Origin: Tubiluchus corallicola
Lineage: Eukaryota > Animalia > Priapulida
Reading direction: 5' to 3'
NCBI GenBank assembly: GCA_030141605.1
Contig: JAQGDQ010001361.1
Span: 1 to 44,443, forward strand
DNA: 44,443 bases
Shown here: piece by piece, positions 1 to 27,200 of the stretch
How positions within the stretch are numbered: position 1 is the stretch's first letter
How the letters are laid out: every line of letters starts with the position of its first letter
Translations under genes and position numbers: made by a program
The notes under the pieces: model-generated
Told to the model about the DNA's origin: nothing
Databases searched by the model: none
Seen by the model: only the letters and a program-made list of their open reading frames with translations

Positions 1-19
1 TATTATATATATAAAATAA

Positions 20-440
20 TTTTTATTTGCCATTAAAATACATTGATAATCACTGATATAAACTTTACAGAGATGATCAATCAGTCTTAGTTAATAAAAA
101 CTTACACTGCTAAAGGCAAATGCGTCAGTTCAATCTAAACTATTGTGCAGTAATGGAAAGTAACGACGAATAAAATCAAACATATTTATAACTATGCCTA
201 AAATATGAAAAAATTATGATTTAATTAATATGGCCGTGGATATATAAATTCTGAATTAGTGTGTATGTTGTCGTACTGGCGTGATGGTATTTCATATCTG
301 GTTAATATTAGTGATTTTAATTTTGTTTTAGATACTGATAGGGACTTGATTTGTTTAACCTGTAATGGTAGAGAATTCCAAAGTAGAATTGCTTGTTTGA
401 TTACAGAGTATATCTTGTTAGGAGTTATAAACTGTAGCGA
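20..440 (-). mobile_element. 3' fragment of a CR1/L2-group LINE
   Basis: Minus frame reads YSVIKQAILLWNSLPLQVKQIKSLSVSKTKLKSLIL, the typical LWNxLP...FKxxLK end of ORF2. Confidence 0.7.
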
Positions 441-610
441 TGTCGTAGAAACTGGGTGATGAGGGGGCGGTGTAGTAAGATGTAAGACTCGGAGTGTTAT
501 AAAAGTTTCTCAATTTTACGAACTAGTTCCAGTTCCTAGTTTTGAATTGAAATTCAGTTCTGGAATGAAAAGGAACTAATTCCAAGTGCAAGGTTCGTCT
601 ATGACAAAAA

Positions 611-1592
611 GTCATAATTCAATTTCATAGCTCTTCTAACTCTTTAAGAAAAGGAACTAGTCCCGAGTCCATGTTTCTATGTCATAATTCAAGTTCATAG
701 CTCTTCTAACTTTTCAAGAAAGGAACTAGTCCCAAGTCCAAGTTTCTATGTCATAATTCAAGTTCATAGCTCTCCTAACTTTTCAAGAAAGGAACTAGTT
801 CCAAGTCCATGTTTCTATGTCATAATTCAAGTTCATAGCTCTCCTAACTTTTCAAGAAAGGAACTAGTCCCAAGTCCATGTTTCTATGTCATAATTCAAG
901 TTCATAGCTCTCCTAACTTTTCAAGAAAGGAACTACTCTCAAGGCCATGTTTCTATGTCATAATTCAAGTTCATAGCTCTTCTAACTTTTTTTAGAAAAG
1001 GAACTAGTCTCAAGTCCATGTTTCTATGTCATAATTCAAGTTCCTAGCTCTTCTAACTTTTCAAGAAAGGAACTAGTCTCAAGTCCAAGTTCCTCTATCA
1101 TAATTCAATTTCATAGCTCTTCCAACTTTTCAAGAAAAGTAACTAGTTCCAAATCCAAGTTTCTATTTCATAATTCAATGTCATAGCTCTTCTAACTTTT
1201 CAAGAAAGGAACTAGTCTCAAGTCCCAGTTCCTCTGTCATAATTCAATTTCATAGCTCTTCTAACTTTTCAAGAAAGGAACTAGTCTCAAGTCCAAGTTC
1301 CTCTGTCATAATTCAATTTCATAGCTCTTCTAACTTTTCAAGAAAGGAACTAGTCTCAAGTCCAAGTTCCTCTGTCATAATTCAATTTCATAGCTCTTCT
1401 AACTTTTCAAGAAAGGAACTAGTCTCAAGTCCAAGTTCCTCTGTCATAATTCAATTTCATAGCTCTTCCAACTTTTCAAGAAAAGTAACTAGTCCCAAGT
1501 CCAAGTTCCTCTGTCATAATTCAATTTCATAGCTCTTCTAACTCTTTAAGAAAAGGAACCAATTCTAAGTCCAAGTTCCTCTGTCGTAATTC
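611..1592. repeat. Minisatellite, ~69-bp unit, ~14 copies
   Basis: Unit starts at 681, 750, 819...; the unit contains a near-palindromic GGAACTAGT(T/C)(C/T)C. Confidence 0.95.
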
Positions 1593-1945
1593 AAATTCGT
1601 AGAAACGGAACTAGTTCCATTTGCAACCAAAGGAAGTTGGTTCGGTTCCTATCCACAGCATTATCTTCATCCACCACGCATAATTATAATAGCCAACCTC
1701 TTTAAACATTCACGAAAACAACTAATTTTGCTTTTTGGAAAGGGCCTAAATGCAATTAGCAAATGTTAACGCCTAACTTGGAAAGACAATTATTTATCTT
1801 CCAAGTTCTTCTGTGACAGAAGAGACTGGCTTCTATTTTTCACAATGAAGTAGCGACAATGTCAAGCTCTTGAAGGTCCTTAAGTTGTAAGAACTTAGAA
1901 CCACAAACGAAGTTTCACAACTTTGAAAACCCACTTATTGTGGCG

Positions 1946-2514
1946 ACTTCTTCTTCTTCTTCTTCCCAGCTTTTCGATATTTGGGGTCACCGCTGTGAAT
2001 GAGTCGTCTCCACGCATTCCTCTTGTTGCCCATCTCTTCATTTATGTTCTTCTCTCTAAGGTCTCCATTAATACGTTCAAACCATCTCCACTTGGGTCGT
2101 CCTCTTCTTCTATTTCCCAGCACTTCCATTTCCATGACCTCCCTTCCCACATGATCTTCACCGACTCTTCTTTTCAGGTGTCCATACCATCGCAGTCTTG
2201 CGAGGCTTCCACTACCTTTACTGTTCCTCTGATATTATCATTTCTAATTTTATCTCAACATCCTCATCTCCACCACACCCATTTTCTTCTCTTCGGTCGT
2301 CTTTAGAGAAGCTGCTTCCAGCCCATAGATTAGAGCGGGTCTGACCACTTCTTTGTGGACTTTCCCTTTAAGTGTCACCGACTCATTCATAGACGGTTTT
2401 GGCGCAGTTTTTACAGGCGGATGCCCTTCCTGACCCTAACCCTCCCTATTTATCCGGGCTTGGGACCGGCACTGAGTTGGGCTGGCTTGCCCCTCCCCCC
2501 CCAGTGGCTAGGTT
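1946..2514 (-). mobile_element. Internally deleted RTE-clade LINE (5' end joined to 3' end) with 15-bp TSD
   Basis: RTE C-terminal peptide GNRRRGRPKWRW...NAWRRLI; (AAG)n tail; RTE/Expander-like 5' motif GTGCCGGTCCCAAGCCCGGATAAA...AAGGGCATCC; TSD ccacttatt(g/a)tgg(c/t)g at 1931-1945 and 2515-2529. Confidence 0.8.
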
Positions 2515-2627
2515 CCACTTATTATGGTGTCATAGGTATGAAATTCAAGTTGCAACATACGTAATATAGATGTCACATAAAGATGCATAAGCACAAGCAG
2601 CTATGCGTTTGCAAGTATCAGTGAAAT

Positions 2628-2895
2628 GCCCTGTGTTTTAGTGGCCGCAGCATGCACTTAGTGTCACCAAAGTTAAGCAAAGTCGAGTCCAGTTACTAAC
2701 TGGATTGGTGACTGCCAGAAAAGCTGCCACTGGGTTATGCCATGCACAGCTGTTTACCACACTGGTTAGGGATGTATGCGCATCTTAGAGAATTATTCCT
2801 AATAGTGAGAATAGTTCCCGTCCTTCCGCAATGGCCTACATAATGTAGACCCTGCGACTGAGAACAGCATCCTAGCTAGCAGATGGCAAAACTTA
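2628..2895 (+). mobile_element. Degenerate SINE with a partial 5S-derived segment (body differs from the main 5S SINE)
   Basis: TCACCAAAGTTAAGCAAAGTCGAGTCCAGTTACTAACTGGATTGGTGACTGCC resembles the 5S internal control region. Confidence 0.5.
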
Positions 2896-2999
2896 TAAAA
2901 AATTTTATTCACATTCCATTTTCTGCATCATTATTTTATCACAAAACTGAAAAAATTCGAAAGATTTGAAGACAAAAAGTGCAAAACAAAGATAAAATA

Positions 3000-17851
<14,852 letters not shown>

Positions 17852-18099
17852 CTTTTAACCTGAAACAGTCAGAAAAAATTATGATTTATATGTAATAAAA
17901 ACTACTTATAATAAAATTAATGTACATGTTCTGAAATCTGCTGCAGGAGAGAATTTCAAATTGTGATTTTATTAACTAGTTGCCGAAATGCCCTTAACGA
18001 AACACATCAACCGGTCCTGCACTGGACGCGACTGTATCGGGACTCACGATACAATACTACACGTCAATAGTCATTAATAGCGCGATATAATAGTTTTAC

Positions 18100-19020
18100 T
18101 TAAGCTACACTAATTTTACATGCCACTTCCGGTCAAAATCTAAACGTACGCGTGTTTGCAAACAGCGCAAGAAAATTAAATACAAAGGAAAGAGATACAG
18201 ACAATTTCAATGATTCCGCTACTCACAAAAACGTGTTTCCTTGGACCACCGAGTTTTCTGAACACGAGGTTAGGCGTTATGGGACGTCTTTGATTTGCGA
18301 AACGTGGCGTTAGGTTCGTCCCGCATTGATTTTGGACACAAGCAAACGACGCACGCCATTTTCAACTCCATTTCTAAAACACTGTAAAAACGGTTTGAAG
18401 ATGTGGTTTGAAAAACTTTTTGAAATGTTTTGTTTCGGCTTTTACGAAAAGTTTTTGAAGAGATTTTTGTCACTCATATACTCATATTGTAAAAAGAACT
18501 AATAATTTTTTCTTTTTGTTAAAATAAAACAGAAGTGAATCATATCATTGCGCTCTTTCTTTAATTTGTAAAAAGATTTGCCATACTGATTTACAAAAGA
18601 TTGGACCGTTGCAACCAAAAGTTTCATCTCAGGTGTGAGGTGTGAAGGCAGATTTTTTATTAGAATTTACTTGTGTTAAATTATGACTGGCTGCTCTTTA
18701 GTGTTCACAACTGAATCAGCTCACTATCGATATGTCCACTACAAAATTTTCAACATTTGAAGCTGTAGGGCATTTCCGGTTTTTTACACTCAAATATAAT
18801 GTGAACAGTTCAAGATTACTTTAATCTGATCTTTGCATCCTTTTACGTTGTGAAAATAAACAACATTGTGCTTTACAAGTTTGTCGTTTAGTCAGTAGCA
18901 ACATTTACGTATATAAGGCAACCTATAGGTATACGAAAAGTTATACGATAAAAATTTAAGCTAGCTTCGTACATTATTATTATTTTTTATTTGTGCCTCA
19001 ATTGATTGAATTTTTTACAG
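18100..19020. promoter_or_regulatory. Probable shared bidirectional promoter and 5' leaders of LYAR and SLC25A46
   Basis: Divergent ATGs about 1.2 kb apart, each preceded by a splice acceptor. Motifs: ETS-like ACTTCCGG 18125-18132, YY1-like CGCCATTTT 18354-18362, DRE palindrome TATCGATA 18725-18732. Candidate LYAR leader donor GTGAGT at 18226. Confidence 0.65.
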
Positions 19021-19042
19021 GAAGTGCACCTGAGTAGTAAAC

Positions 19043-19145
19043 ATGAGTAGCATGTATGTCGAGAAAAGTAGTGCCTGTCTGTCTCCCACACCTCGTCGTC
19101 ATAGCGACGAAGATGTTGCAGTTCCGCGACAGCATAAAAATCCAG
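19043..19145 (+). CDS. SLC25A46: SLC25A46 coding exon 1
   Basis: Acceptor ends at 19020, ATG at 19043, donor G|GTAAG; poorly conserved N-terminus, phase matches exon 2. Confidence 0.75.
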
Positions 19146-22100
19146 GTAAGTGTAATTTGATAGTGAAATTACTTGACCTGCTCAGTTCTTTCAAAACTAG
19201 TCATTTCGTTAGCTAAAATGTAGTTCACATTTTGCAAAAAGAATAAAGGGGGCCATTCACATGTAATGATATAACATTTTTGTCCGATTTCGAGAACCCG
19301 GATTGGCTGTGTTTATGATGGCGCCACCACCTACCTACCCCTTACACTGATATCGAACTATGAACAATGAATTTTATTTCACACATCAAAAAATGCAATA
19401 TCAAGCACATTAGGTCACTTGACCTCCTCCGTTCTCTAGCCGTTGGCTGCTTGTGCAGCTCCTCCGCCTAGTGTCGAGATACAGTGTTGGCATCCTGCAA
19501 GCCTACAGCACCTGGCATTCTTAGGCGGTCACCCATCCAAGTACTAACCAGGCTCTATGTTGCTTAACTTTGGTGATCAGACCAGAACCGGTGTTTTCAA
19601 CGTGATTTGGCCGTAGATTATGTGTGACATGTCCACTATAAGCGAGTAATTTATACCCGAGGTTGACGGTAGTTTTGATCTATTGATTACGTTTGTTCAT
19701 TTCTTGCTGCTGTCAACTGTATAAATATGAATTTCACAAAAACGTGTTTTCACGCTTTTTCAGAGCAGATTGAACGATTCGCTGGTTTTGGTGTTGGCGT
19801 GGCAAGGTATTACATTTTACCTGTTCATTACTACTTTATATGTGAGTTTTTGTTTATTGTGTTCTTGAGCTAATTTTAGGCACAGAGTGGTCCGTAGAAA
19901 CATTTCCCAACATCAGGACTTGAACCTGGAACCTGGAGCATGGTAAATTTGCTCTTGATGTTACAGTGCTCAATCTTGGTTTGGCACTGTGATGTCATTA
20001 TTTTGTAACTTTTTCCTATTTTTCTTTCACATATTTAATATTGATTAGATGTACAGTGAAACCTCGACTTACGAAAACCCCGTTATACGAAAAATTCAGA
20101 ATACGAATCGGGCTTCGAAGAAATTTCCGTCCCATTCAGCGAAAAAATATTCAAGATACGAAAACGAAAATCAAAAGTGCCGCCGACAGCGGTCCTCCCA
20201 GAATGCATTTCGTAGCATCACGTGAACGCTTTGTCGTGCTCTTATTGATTATAAGTGGATTTATACACAAAATCATTTGCGGGGCCTTCGCTACTAACTA
20301 ATAATTCTTTTTTTTTTGTATTTTTAGCCTTTTTGCAGAAAATTTGCTCTCGCATCCCTGCATCGTCCTACGCAGACAATGTCAGGTGGGTTGTTTTTAC
20401 AAGTTTGTAGGTTTGTATTCTCGCCAGATTTTCACATTCGGCCAAGCGGTGCGTCAAGCCCAAACCCTCGAACATTTATGCAAAATAAACGTTATAAATC
20501 TGTTTAGCTACAAGCTTGAAACAGAGAAAGGCTTTTTTACTGGGATGGGGGCAGGGATGAGAATTTTTCGCATGGATACGCGGAATTCCAAGTTTTTGGA
20601 AGACCAGTAGTGCCATTTTTGTAAATTCGTTGAGTAAATATATAGTGGTTCGCACTAGATATAATATGAGTTACTGTGAGTTACTGTGACGGTAATTGTG
20701 AGCAAAGTTTCGCGACAATGACCACCATTAGTCAATGAAATGCAGGTGACCATTAGGCCCTTTGGCCTTTAAATGTATTCGTTAACTTTATTGCAGAAAG
20801 TAGTCTGGTGTTGCCTTTCAACCGTTTTGCACTTTCTGGTGTTGCCTTTCAACGGTTTTGCACTTTCTGGTGTCGCCTTTCAACGGTTTTGCACTTTCTG
20901 GTGTTGCCTTTCAACCGTTTTGCACTTTCTGGTGTTGCCTTTCAACCATTTTGCACTTTCTGGTGTTGCCTTTCCACCATTTTGCACTTTCTGGTGTTGC
21001 CTTTCCACCATTTTGCACTTTCTGGTGTTGCCTTTCAACCATTTTGCACTTTCTGGTGTTGCCTTTCCACCATTTTGCAATTTCTGGTGTTGCATTTCAA
21101 CCATTTTGTACATTTTAAAGGTACCTGTAACATTTTATTATCTCTTAGGTCCATCACGATTCTCAATGGTATCATCTGACTCCGTTTACATTGTTACCAA
21201 TCATAGTCAATATACAACGACGCCAGGTAAGAAGTTTAATTTTTTTTTATTATTAAATATTACGTGGCATATCAATATGTGCATATCATGACATACGTAT
21301 GTACGTGTTTGTTAATGTGTATGTTCATTGATACTATGTGTGCACGATTGATTACTCATATGTGTGCTTGCAAACCAAAATCGTCCATAAGTCGGCATAG
21401 TTAAAACTATGTTATGATGCTTCAAAGTAGAATATCAAAAATTTGGTCAAATGACCATTTTTTATTTTTCATGGAAGCAAACGCTAAATATTTTGGACTT
21501 TTATATTCTAGCATGAAATTATCAGGAAAATGTCCCAGAAATACCAAAAAACTAATTTTATAACTCCTTACCCACTTTTCTGTCTAGAAACTAGTACTGC
21601 AATTGTAAAAAAAACTTGTATTTTGTAACTCCGATTGTAGCTCATGGAAGCTGTCATTTTGCTTCGAGTTTTTTCTGTTGCCAAGCCCTGATCTTCGTCA
21701 GCAAGAGCCATCTACTGGATTTGAGCATAACTTCAATTTGCTCTTCCAAAGTCCGTAGCAACCATCCTTTGTACGGTTGCTAAGTGTTTTGTAGAAACGC
21801 AATAAAAAAACAATGGCTGACTTTAACAGCGATCTTCGCAAGATTATGTTTTTCAATGTGTAGCCTGCACCTCAACTTCAACGTAGATTATCTCAGCTTA
21901 GAAATAACATAGAGCGATGAGCTTGGTATCAAAATGATCCCCATGAAATGGAGATTCAGGATATCTGAATAACTAGAAAAGCTTATTTGCCGACTTGTGG
22001 ACGATTTTGCTATGCAGCACACATATCACAGTTACTTACATTATTTGCATACACTCTAACATTCACTGCCTCATACTGAATGATACGCAAATTTTTAAAT

Positions 22101-24257
22101 ACAGTGAGTCTTTACAATAACTAATGGCACATTTAGACTGGAGAGTTTTCTCACCACGAAACTTACGGACTGGTTCACACTGCAGAGCAAAATCCGCTGC
22201 TAGTTAATCTGTGACAGCAAGCGCGTTCAACATTTTGAGACCGATCATGTAGCGTAAGTTCAGAGTAGAAAGAAATCGTTCTTTGGAAGTTGCTAAGATT
22301 TTTGTGTAGATTTTATGTAAGATTCTAGGAAACTGCGAGGAAATGCAAAAAGAGAATTCTCCCGAGGAATAATACTAATTATTATTATAATTCTTTATTT
22401 TTAAAAACTATGTACAGAATACATTCCCTCTATCTGTAGGGATATGTTTAAAATTTGTAAAAGCATTTACAACGTATTAAACCTATTCACACATATATAT
22501 ATAATTTAGAATCCAACGCATGAGACACATTGAATGACAACGATCATATACAATAGACATAGTTACAAATTATAATCCAACATTACATACATACATAATA
22601 AAAGATAACGATCTTATACAATAGACATAGTTACAAATTATAATCCAACATTACATACATACATAATAAAAGATAACGAACATATTTTAATACTTAGTAA
22701 CAAAAATTTACACACATTATGCACAATGAAAAACAGCGAGTACAGTTATAATAAACATAGTTACCAATTTTAATGTAAATTCACATGATCATAAATAAAA
22801 ACAAAACAGCATATAGAAAACACGACGAGAGTTGTAAAATTTCATCACCAACAAATTGTTCATATACGGGCGAAAGATGATAGGAATTCATTCGAGATAA
22901 GATTTGCAAAAGCATTTATAGCATTATTATCCTGGCTAGAGAAAACATAGTCCGAATCTAACGTAGACAGAGTGCTAATAAAATCATTTTTATTCGCTGC
23001 AAGCAACTTCGAGAGGTGATGACTGAATATTTGCGGATTCGTTTGTACTAGACTATAAATGAACTCGTACTAACTGTCGTAGTTTTTGCGATTTCTTGCC
23101 GACAGTAACTTGCAAAGCAGTTCTGCACTAATTATTTTACTGTCAGGCCGGGGAGTCGTGATAGAAAATTTTCCAGTCGTAACCAGGGATGAGAATTTCC
23201 CGCGGATACGCGGAATTCCGAGTTTTTGGAAGACCAGTAGTGCCATTTTTGTAAATCGCGTAAATTCGTTGAGAAAATTTTTACGGACCCAGTACATTAT
23301 TTCACAAACTGACCACTAGATGGCAGGCCGTCACTTTGTTTACATCACGTACATCAGTGTAACCACGTGTATCTGTATGTATAAAAATATAGAATCAATT
23401 GTGCGGAGTTATTTGAGTCAATTGCAGACAGTTTTTATATACTTTTGCATAGGAGCAGTCAGTACTTAGGCATTTTTGAGACAATTAGGTATCATGTATC
23501 CTTGATAGTTGGGTATTTTAAATTATGCATGAAACAAGGTAACTGATATTTTAATTCCACTTAGAGGTTCTCTATGGTCACAAAATTGCAATTTGTTGCT
23601 TCGCCCTCTTGAACCCCCATGGGGGCCTACACAGCCCCCAAACCCCCGGCCTGTTTCAGAGTTTTTTGCAATTTGTCATTCTCACCCCTGGTCTTAACGT
23701 AGTGTAAGATTGCTTGTTTTACGAGTATAAGATTGCTTGTTTTACGAGTATAAGATTGCTTGTTTTGCGAGTACGTTCCTGTTTGATTTGCTAACGTGTG
23801 ATGTGCTTGTGTTTTAACTGCCTTTTGTGGTAATTTATCATTTGTTTCTAATCAACAAACAAGATGTCATGATTTTCTGCACTCATGTGTGTTTTTTTGC
23901 ATTTTTTTCATACGCGTATCGTCCAAACAGAACTTCGTAAGTACATTATCATTGCATTATCGTTTTATTTTTTAATTAACTTACTTTGGGGAAGGCACGA
24001 TGAGTTCGGTCGGGTGGTATCTGCACTAAGCCGTTGCTCCAGCAGGGGGATGCACTGAAGCACAAAATTTCTTAAGAAAATTTTTTTAAAGGCTAAGAAA
24101 AGTTTTTTAGCAGTAAGCCAAGGAACACACCAACCCCTTGTCAGGGCCTATTTCAGGGGGGTAGTGGAGATACTTCCCCGAGGCCTCACCCTCCAGGGGG
24201 CCTCGCTCCAAGGTAACTTTTTATTTGCTTTATGCGAACATACTGCCTCCTTTCTCC

Positions 24258-24289
<32 letters not shown>

Positions 24290-27200
24290 ATTTCTCTCTC
24301 TCTCTCTCTCTCTCTCCTGCTCTCTCTCTCTTGCTGCACGCGCGTCGTTTGCCAGTATTGACAAGTATTAAGGACTTGTCTTGAGAATAAAGCAGTTTTT
24401 CTTTCAATTGTTCTTTCCTTTAACAACTGTATGATTCCATATTTTCTCTTCGAAAATGCTTCTCCGGCATTCTAGCAGTTCAGAAATTTTTTGGTCGCCT
24501 CACGCGCCCCACTTCCCCGGGCCTCGCTTAGGCTGAAATAGGCCCTGGCCCTTGTTTGTTTCCACAATCCCCGAGCAGTCAGCTGATTTGCATAGTGACC
24601 TTATTTTTATGTATATCTCTTACATAATGTTGATTCTCTTATCCATTTCCGTTGTCTAGACAGTTTTTACTTAACTGTAATTGCACTTCTGCATTTAGGT
24701 GGTGGGCCCAAGGGGCCTGTTATGTAGTAAAATTACTAGTCACGAATTTTAGGTGACATAATGTGTTTTAAACTAGTGATTTTGCTCGAGGAAAGAGCTT
24801 CTAGCAACTGCAAAATGGTCTAAAATGCAGTAAAATGCGTTAGTGGACTCTGGCCAGTTTACAGTGCTCCCCCATACCCCCCTGGCTGCTCGTGCGGGAA
24901 ATTTTTTTAACACTGGCGGTGCCCATGGCTCCAGAAACTGTTTCAAACCCCATTCTTGTTCGGGTTTTCCGAGCTATTTTGCTCTCAAACGGGACTTTCT
25001 AGACCTCCTCGGTTTTAATTGAGCAGGTGAAAGGGCTGGGCAGCAGGCTAGCCACCTGTCCTCTCTCTGCTAATACTTCACATCAATCTATCCATCTCTA
25101 CCGTCTTTTTCTTCTACATTGCTGATGTTGATAATTCGATTGTTTTGTATTCGGGTGGTGAACATCTCTGCCTTCAAATTAACTGACGATATTTTTATTT
25201 ACATTTTTTAACACTAATTACAATTATCTTATTGTTCATTGTAGTGCAAAAACAGCTTACATAATCATTAACTTTATTTTAAATAAACATATTTTGTTAA
25301 ATTAGTAAGACGTATTAGTTTTAGTATTTTTGGATAACATTTTTTGAACTAACAAAATATTTCTTATTTATTTTTGTAGTTGATTAATTTTAATTTTTCG
25401 GAAATTTTAAGATTTAAAGCATGTTTATGTTAGTGAAAAATTCTCGTAATTTAGTTTGTTTGAGCTGCTTCTAAAATATTTACTTTTGTAAACTCTTAGG
25501 ATTTGCATTTGTTATTGTACTTACGATATTGATTTATTGTACTTAAGATGTTACTTAATATTTTTAATATATTTTTATACATTTTGTGTTTTTTTTATTC
25601 AAAATTATTCAAATCTATACATTACTGTACAATACAGTCAAGCCTCATTAAACCGGACTAATTGGGGGTGGGGGGTCCGGCTTAGCCGATTGTCTGATTT
25701 ATCCGATATGCCTATATATGGTCTATATTATACAGGAATAATCACGTTAATAAGGCCTATATACTGTGCACTATATACTGTACTGTATATTACTTTAAAA
25801 TAGTTAACCTGCGAGGTAAAGAAATTATTGTACAGTTGGTAGGCCGTCTTGTGTTTAGCGCTCCGGCTCGGACGGAAATCGGTCAGTTTCCTTTACCATG
25901 GATAACGTCAATCGGTCAGTTTCCTTTACCACGGATGACGTCCGTCTTATCCGATATCCGGGCTAATGTGGTCCGGTTTAACGAGGGACGAGCGTACCTA
26001 CGCATGTGCAAAAATACTTTAGACGGAGCACTGCAAAACCCGCGAAACAGCGAGTCCGCGATAAACGAACCGCGAAGTAGCGAGTGAACACTGCAATTGA
26101 CTAAACACCAACAACATTACGAAATAATATTTACTTGACTGTATAAAACTGTTTATAAAAAAGTCTTCCTCTGGGCTTCACAAAAATTAATAAACTAATG
26201 TTATTAGAATCAAAATCGGAATAAAAAAACGGAAAAAATTTTTGCTATAATAATAATTTGGTAAAAATGCATGCAACAGACTCGCTGTCATGTGCAACCT
26301 TCGAAACTTAGGGGTTTTCAATTTTATCGGCACGATACAACACACGATTGGTTAATTGATGGAAAGTTTTTTAAAAGATACATGTACAGTATGGGAAAAG
26401 TTATTAAGGGAATGGTAAAGGGTATGTATAAGAGTGCGGGGAGGGTTTATAAAAACTTAAAATAATATATAACAACTAAAATAAGTATAGTGTCCCTACT
26501 TTGCGGAAACTCACTTATCGCGGGTGGGCCTGGAACGGAACACCCACAATGAGTGAGGGAACACTGCACTGATATACTTAGTTTACTGGTTACAGTATAT
26601 TTATAATGTTATGATAGCATATAAATGAGAATAGCTTAAAAAAATTGTTTAAAAAGTGTATCGAATACGATGCGATACAAAATCTATCAATAATTATAAA
26701 TTTATATATATATATATATATATAATATATAAAATATATATATATATATACTGTATAATTATATACTGTATTGTTTAACATGACTAATCTACAGTAAAAC
26801 TTTTTTGACGCATTTTCTGTTAGTAATAGTAGTATCAGTAATTGAATTTTGTTTGATTACAATGTCGTGAAGTAAGATTGATGCTTTTAAGCAACTAGGC
26901 TCTTAAATTTTGTTCATTATTTCAGGGAATTGCAACGTTATGGAAAGGCATAGGTGGTACATTTGTTGTACGTGGTATAAACCTAGTTACCGAGACGGTT
27001 ATGAGTGAATTAACATCGTTCCCTCGGTAAGTCTGACACTTTCTTCACACAGCAAATGTACGCCGTTTCCAACACAGTTTAACCCCTTCACTACGGAAGG
27101 AGGGCACACTGCTGCCTATGTTTTTCGTGCAAGCGAAAGATAGAAACAGTAGACTACTGTCCGAGCTTAGCGCTAAGCGCAATCACCCGGGTCTGTTTAC

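Noticed and set aside
18270-18473. Small ORF or uORF between the genes
   Set aside because: No recognisable homology, and the transcription start is unknown, so a uORF cannot be supported.
20773-21291. Cys/Phe-rich repeat ORFs
   Set aside because: Translations of the 31-bp minisatellite; the true exon is 21149-21226 in another frame.
22390-23175. Possible LINE remnant with a ~70-bp internal duplication; similar 3'-stem-loop remnants near 17060-17105 and 29907-29946
   Set aside because: Too degenerate to classify or delimit by eye.
23070-23319. ORFs sharing peptide with 10687-10969 and 20344-20610
   Set aside because: The shared sequence is the hAT subterminal region, not a gene family.
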